A DNA stretch of 51,674 bases, taken from positions 1 through 51,674 of the forward strand of contig JAQUDN010000002.1 in the NCBI GenBank assembly GCA_028685665.1, given 5' to 3'. Under the pieces are notes generated by a model. It worked only from the letters and a program-made list of their open reading frames with translations, made no database searches and had not been told where the DNA came from. Shown one piece after another: positions 50,428 to 51,674 of the stretch. How positions within the stretch are numbered: position 1 is the first letter of the stretch; every line of letters starts with the position of its first letter. The stretch comes from Burkholderiaceae bacterium (GTDB taxonomy: Bacteria > Pseudomonadota > Gammaproteobacteria > Burkholderiales > Burkholderiaceae_C). Position numbers and translations under genes: made by a program.

Positions 50428-51378
50428 ATGCAATTTCTCTTCATCGCTGATCCGCTGGAAAGCTTCAAGATCTACAAAGACACCACCTTCGCCATGATGC
50501 GCGAGGCACAGCGCCGTGGCCACACCTTGGCCGTGTGCGAGCCGCAGGATGTGATGTGGGAGAGGGGCCAGCCGGTCAAGGCGCGCGTGCGGGAGGTCGT
50601 CCTGACAGGCCAGGCCACGGATTGGTTCACCGCACAGCCATGGAGCCGCCGCGTACTGGCCGACTTTGATGCGGTGCTGATGCGCAAGGACCCGCCTTTT
50701 GACAGCGAATACTTCTATGCAACGCATTTGCTCGAGCAAGCCGAGCGCGATGGCGCCCGCGTGTTCAACAAGCCCCGGGCCTTGCGCGATCATCCCGAGA
50801 AACTGGCCATCATGGAGTTTCCCCAGTTCATCGGTCCGACGCTCGTCACACGCGACCCGCAAGACATTCAGCGTTTCCATGCCGAACACCAGGACATCAT
50901 CCTCAAGCCCCTCGATGGCATGGGGGGCATGGGCATCTTCCGGGTCGGGGCGGATGGCCTGAACCTGGGCAGCATCACCGAAACCCTGAATCGCCATGGC
51001 TCCCAAAGCGTGATGGTGCAAAAATTTCTGCCGCAAATTTCCGAGGGGGACAAGCGGGTGCTGATCATCGGTGGAAAACCCGTGCCATTTTGTCTGGCGC
51101 GCATTCCCCAGGGCAGTGAGGTGCGCGGCAATCTGGCCGCCGGAGGCAAGGGGGTTGCACGGGCACTCTCTGCGCGCGACCGCGAAATTGGGGAAGCCCT
51201 GGGGCCCATCCTGTTTCAGCGCGGCCTGCTGTTGGCGGGCGTCGATGTGATTGGAGACTGCGTGACCGAGATCAACGTAACCAGTCCGACCTGCTTCCAG
51301 GAGATCTTCGATCAAACGGGTTGCGATGTCGCTGCCTTGTTCATTGAGGCCCTGGAGTCGGCATTGGCTGCGGCGTGA
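50428..51378 (+). CDS. gshB: Glutathione synthetase
   Basis: MQFLFIADPLESFKIYKDTTFAMM..., KPLDGMGGMGIF, EINVTSP. Confidence 0.95.
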   Translation: MQFLFIADPLESFKIYKDTTFAMMREAQRRGHTLAVCEPQDVMWERGQPVKARVREVVLTGQATDWFTAQPWSRRVLADFDAVLMRKDPPFDSEYFYATHLLEQAERDGARVFNKPRALRDHPEKLAIMEFPQFIGPTLVTRDPQDIQRFHAEHQDIILKPLDGMGGMGIFRVGADGLNLGSITETLNRHGSQSVMVQKFLPQISEGDKRVLIIGGKPVPFCLARIPQGSEVRGNLAAGGKGVARALSARDREIGEALGPILFQRGLLLAGVDVIGDCVTEINVTSPTCFQEIFDQTGCDVAALFIEALESALAAA

Positions 51379-51384
51379 TGTGGC

Positions 51385-51452
51385 GATGGGTAGATGGGTA
51401 GATGGGTAGATGGGTAGATGGGTAGATGGGTAGATGGGTAGATGGGTAGATA
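51385..51452 (+). repeat. Perfect tandem octanucleotide repeat (GATGGGTA) x 8.5
   Basis: Counted directly: 8 perfect units plus GATA, starting 7 nt after the gshB stop. Confidence 0.98.
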
Positions 51453-51478
51453 ATTAGGCCGCTCTTCTTTAAAAACTC

Positions 51479-51512
51479 TGTTATGATCGAGGGCTTCGCT
51501 GCCTGGAGGTAC
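51479..51512 (+). promoter_or_regulatory. Promoter-like module A: extended -10 TGtTATGAT + N4 + GGCTTCGCTGccTGGAG
   Basis: It shares identical spacing and downstream motif with module B. No good -35 hexamer is present. Confidence 0.4.
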
Positions 51513-51564
51513 TTTTTAGGATTTGCTGGCGGCGAGGGGGTTGGAAAAAAGTTTTGGTTTTGTG

Positions 51565-51619
51565 TTGTTGCCGGGTAAAAATTCGGTATATAATTCAAGG
51601 CTTCGCTGGTTGGAGTGGT
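51565..51619 (+). promoter_or_regulatory. Promoter-like module B: TTGTTG -N18- TATAAT + N4 + GGCTTCGCTGgtTGGAG
   Basis: Consensus -10 hexamer and the same downstream motif as module A, 107 bp away. It resembles betaproteobacterial rRNA/tRNA operon promoters. Confidence 0.45.
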
Positions 51620-51662
51620 TGTCAAGTGTGATGATTGCTTCGAAAGAGAAAAAACTTAAAAT

Positions 51663-51674
51663 TTGACAGTTTCT
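51663..51674 (+). promoter_or_regulatory. TTGACA -35-like hexamer preceded by an A-rich tract, truncated by window end
   Basis: AAAAAACTTAAAATTTGACAGTTTCT. The -10 region would lie outside the window. Confidence 0.25.

Noticed and set aside
51385-51452. Possible CRISPR array
   Set aside because: The 8-bp units are contiguous with no spacers, and there are no cas genes. It is a microsatellite.
51341-51625. 94-aa minus-strand ORF translating the octamer array as (IYPSTHLP)n
   Set aside because: The ORF exists only because the 8-bp repeat has no stop in that frame. The rest lies in AT-rich promoter-like DNA with no RBS or codon bias, and it overlaps the gshB 3' end.

Overview
High-GC (~67%) betaproteobacterial chromosome, Comamonadaceae-like by gene content and order. 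The window is dense, mostly syntenic housekeeping DNA. I found no tRNA or rRNA gene, CRISPR array, integrase, transposase, phage gene or recognisable defence or toxin module, and I cannot honestly point to a clear-cut novel multi-gene system. Gene order is: a 5'-truncated catabolic-looking operon (DUF35, family III CoA-transferase, LigB-type dioxygenase-like, three tandem RraA-fold genes, TctC binding protein, crotonase); pyk-fba; a lipoprotein; pntAA-pntAB-pntB; fadD-mtnN; corA with an AEC transporter; a DMT-tsaB-rimI-UDG-like operon; dacB; SemiSWEET; two convergent secreted hydrolase lipoproteins; tsaC(sua5)-purK-purE; ybbN; purC; hpf-ptsN-hprK; fur; bamE-dapB-exbBD-leuS-lptE; an antisense arginase; holA; M20 amidohydrolase, LysR and a small ORF; proA; gshA-kup-benE-gshB. 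The observations most worth follow-up are: (1) the uncharacterised operon with three tightly linked RraA-fold paralogs and a LigB homolog carrying Gln at a metal-ligand His position; (2) a dispersed ~55-nt low-GC repeat (core TGCTATnGATnnnATAGCTGC ... CTGGAGnnnnTTTT) found in intergenic spacers and also in frame inside mtnN, purK and leuS; (3) a perfect (GATGGGTA)x8.5 tandem repeat with G-quadruplex potential, right after gshB and just upstream of an AT-rich region with duplicated rRNA-type promoter modules at the window edge; (4) by-eye loss of canonical catalytic residues in a UDG-like protein and an SGNH lipoprotein. All homology calls come from reading the translations. No database search was run.
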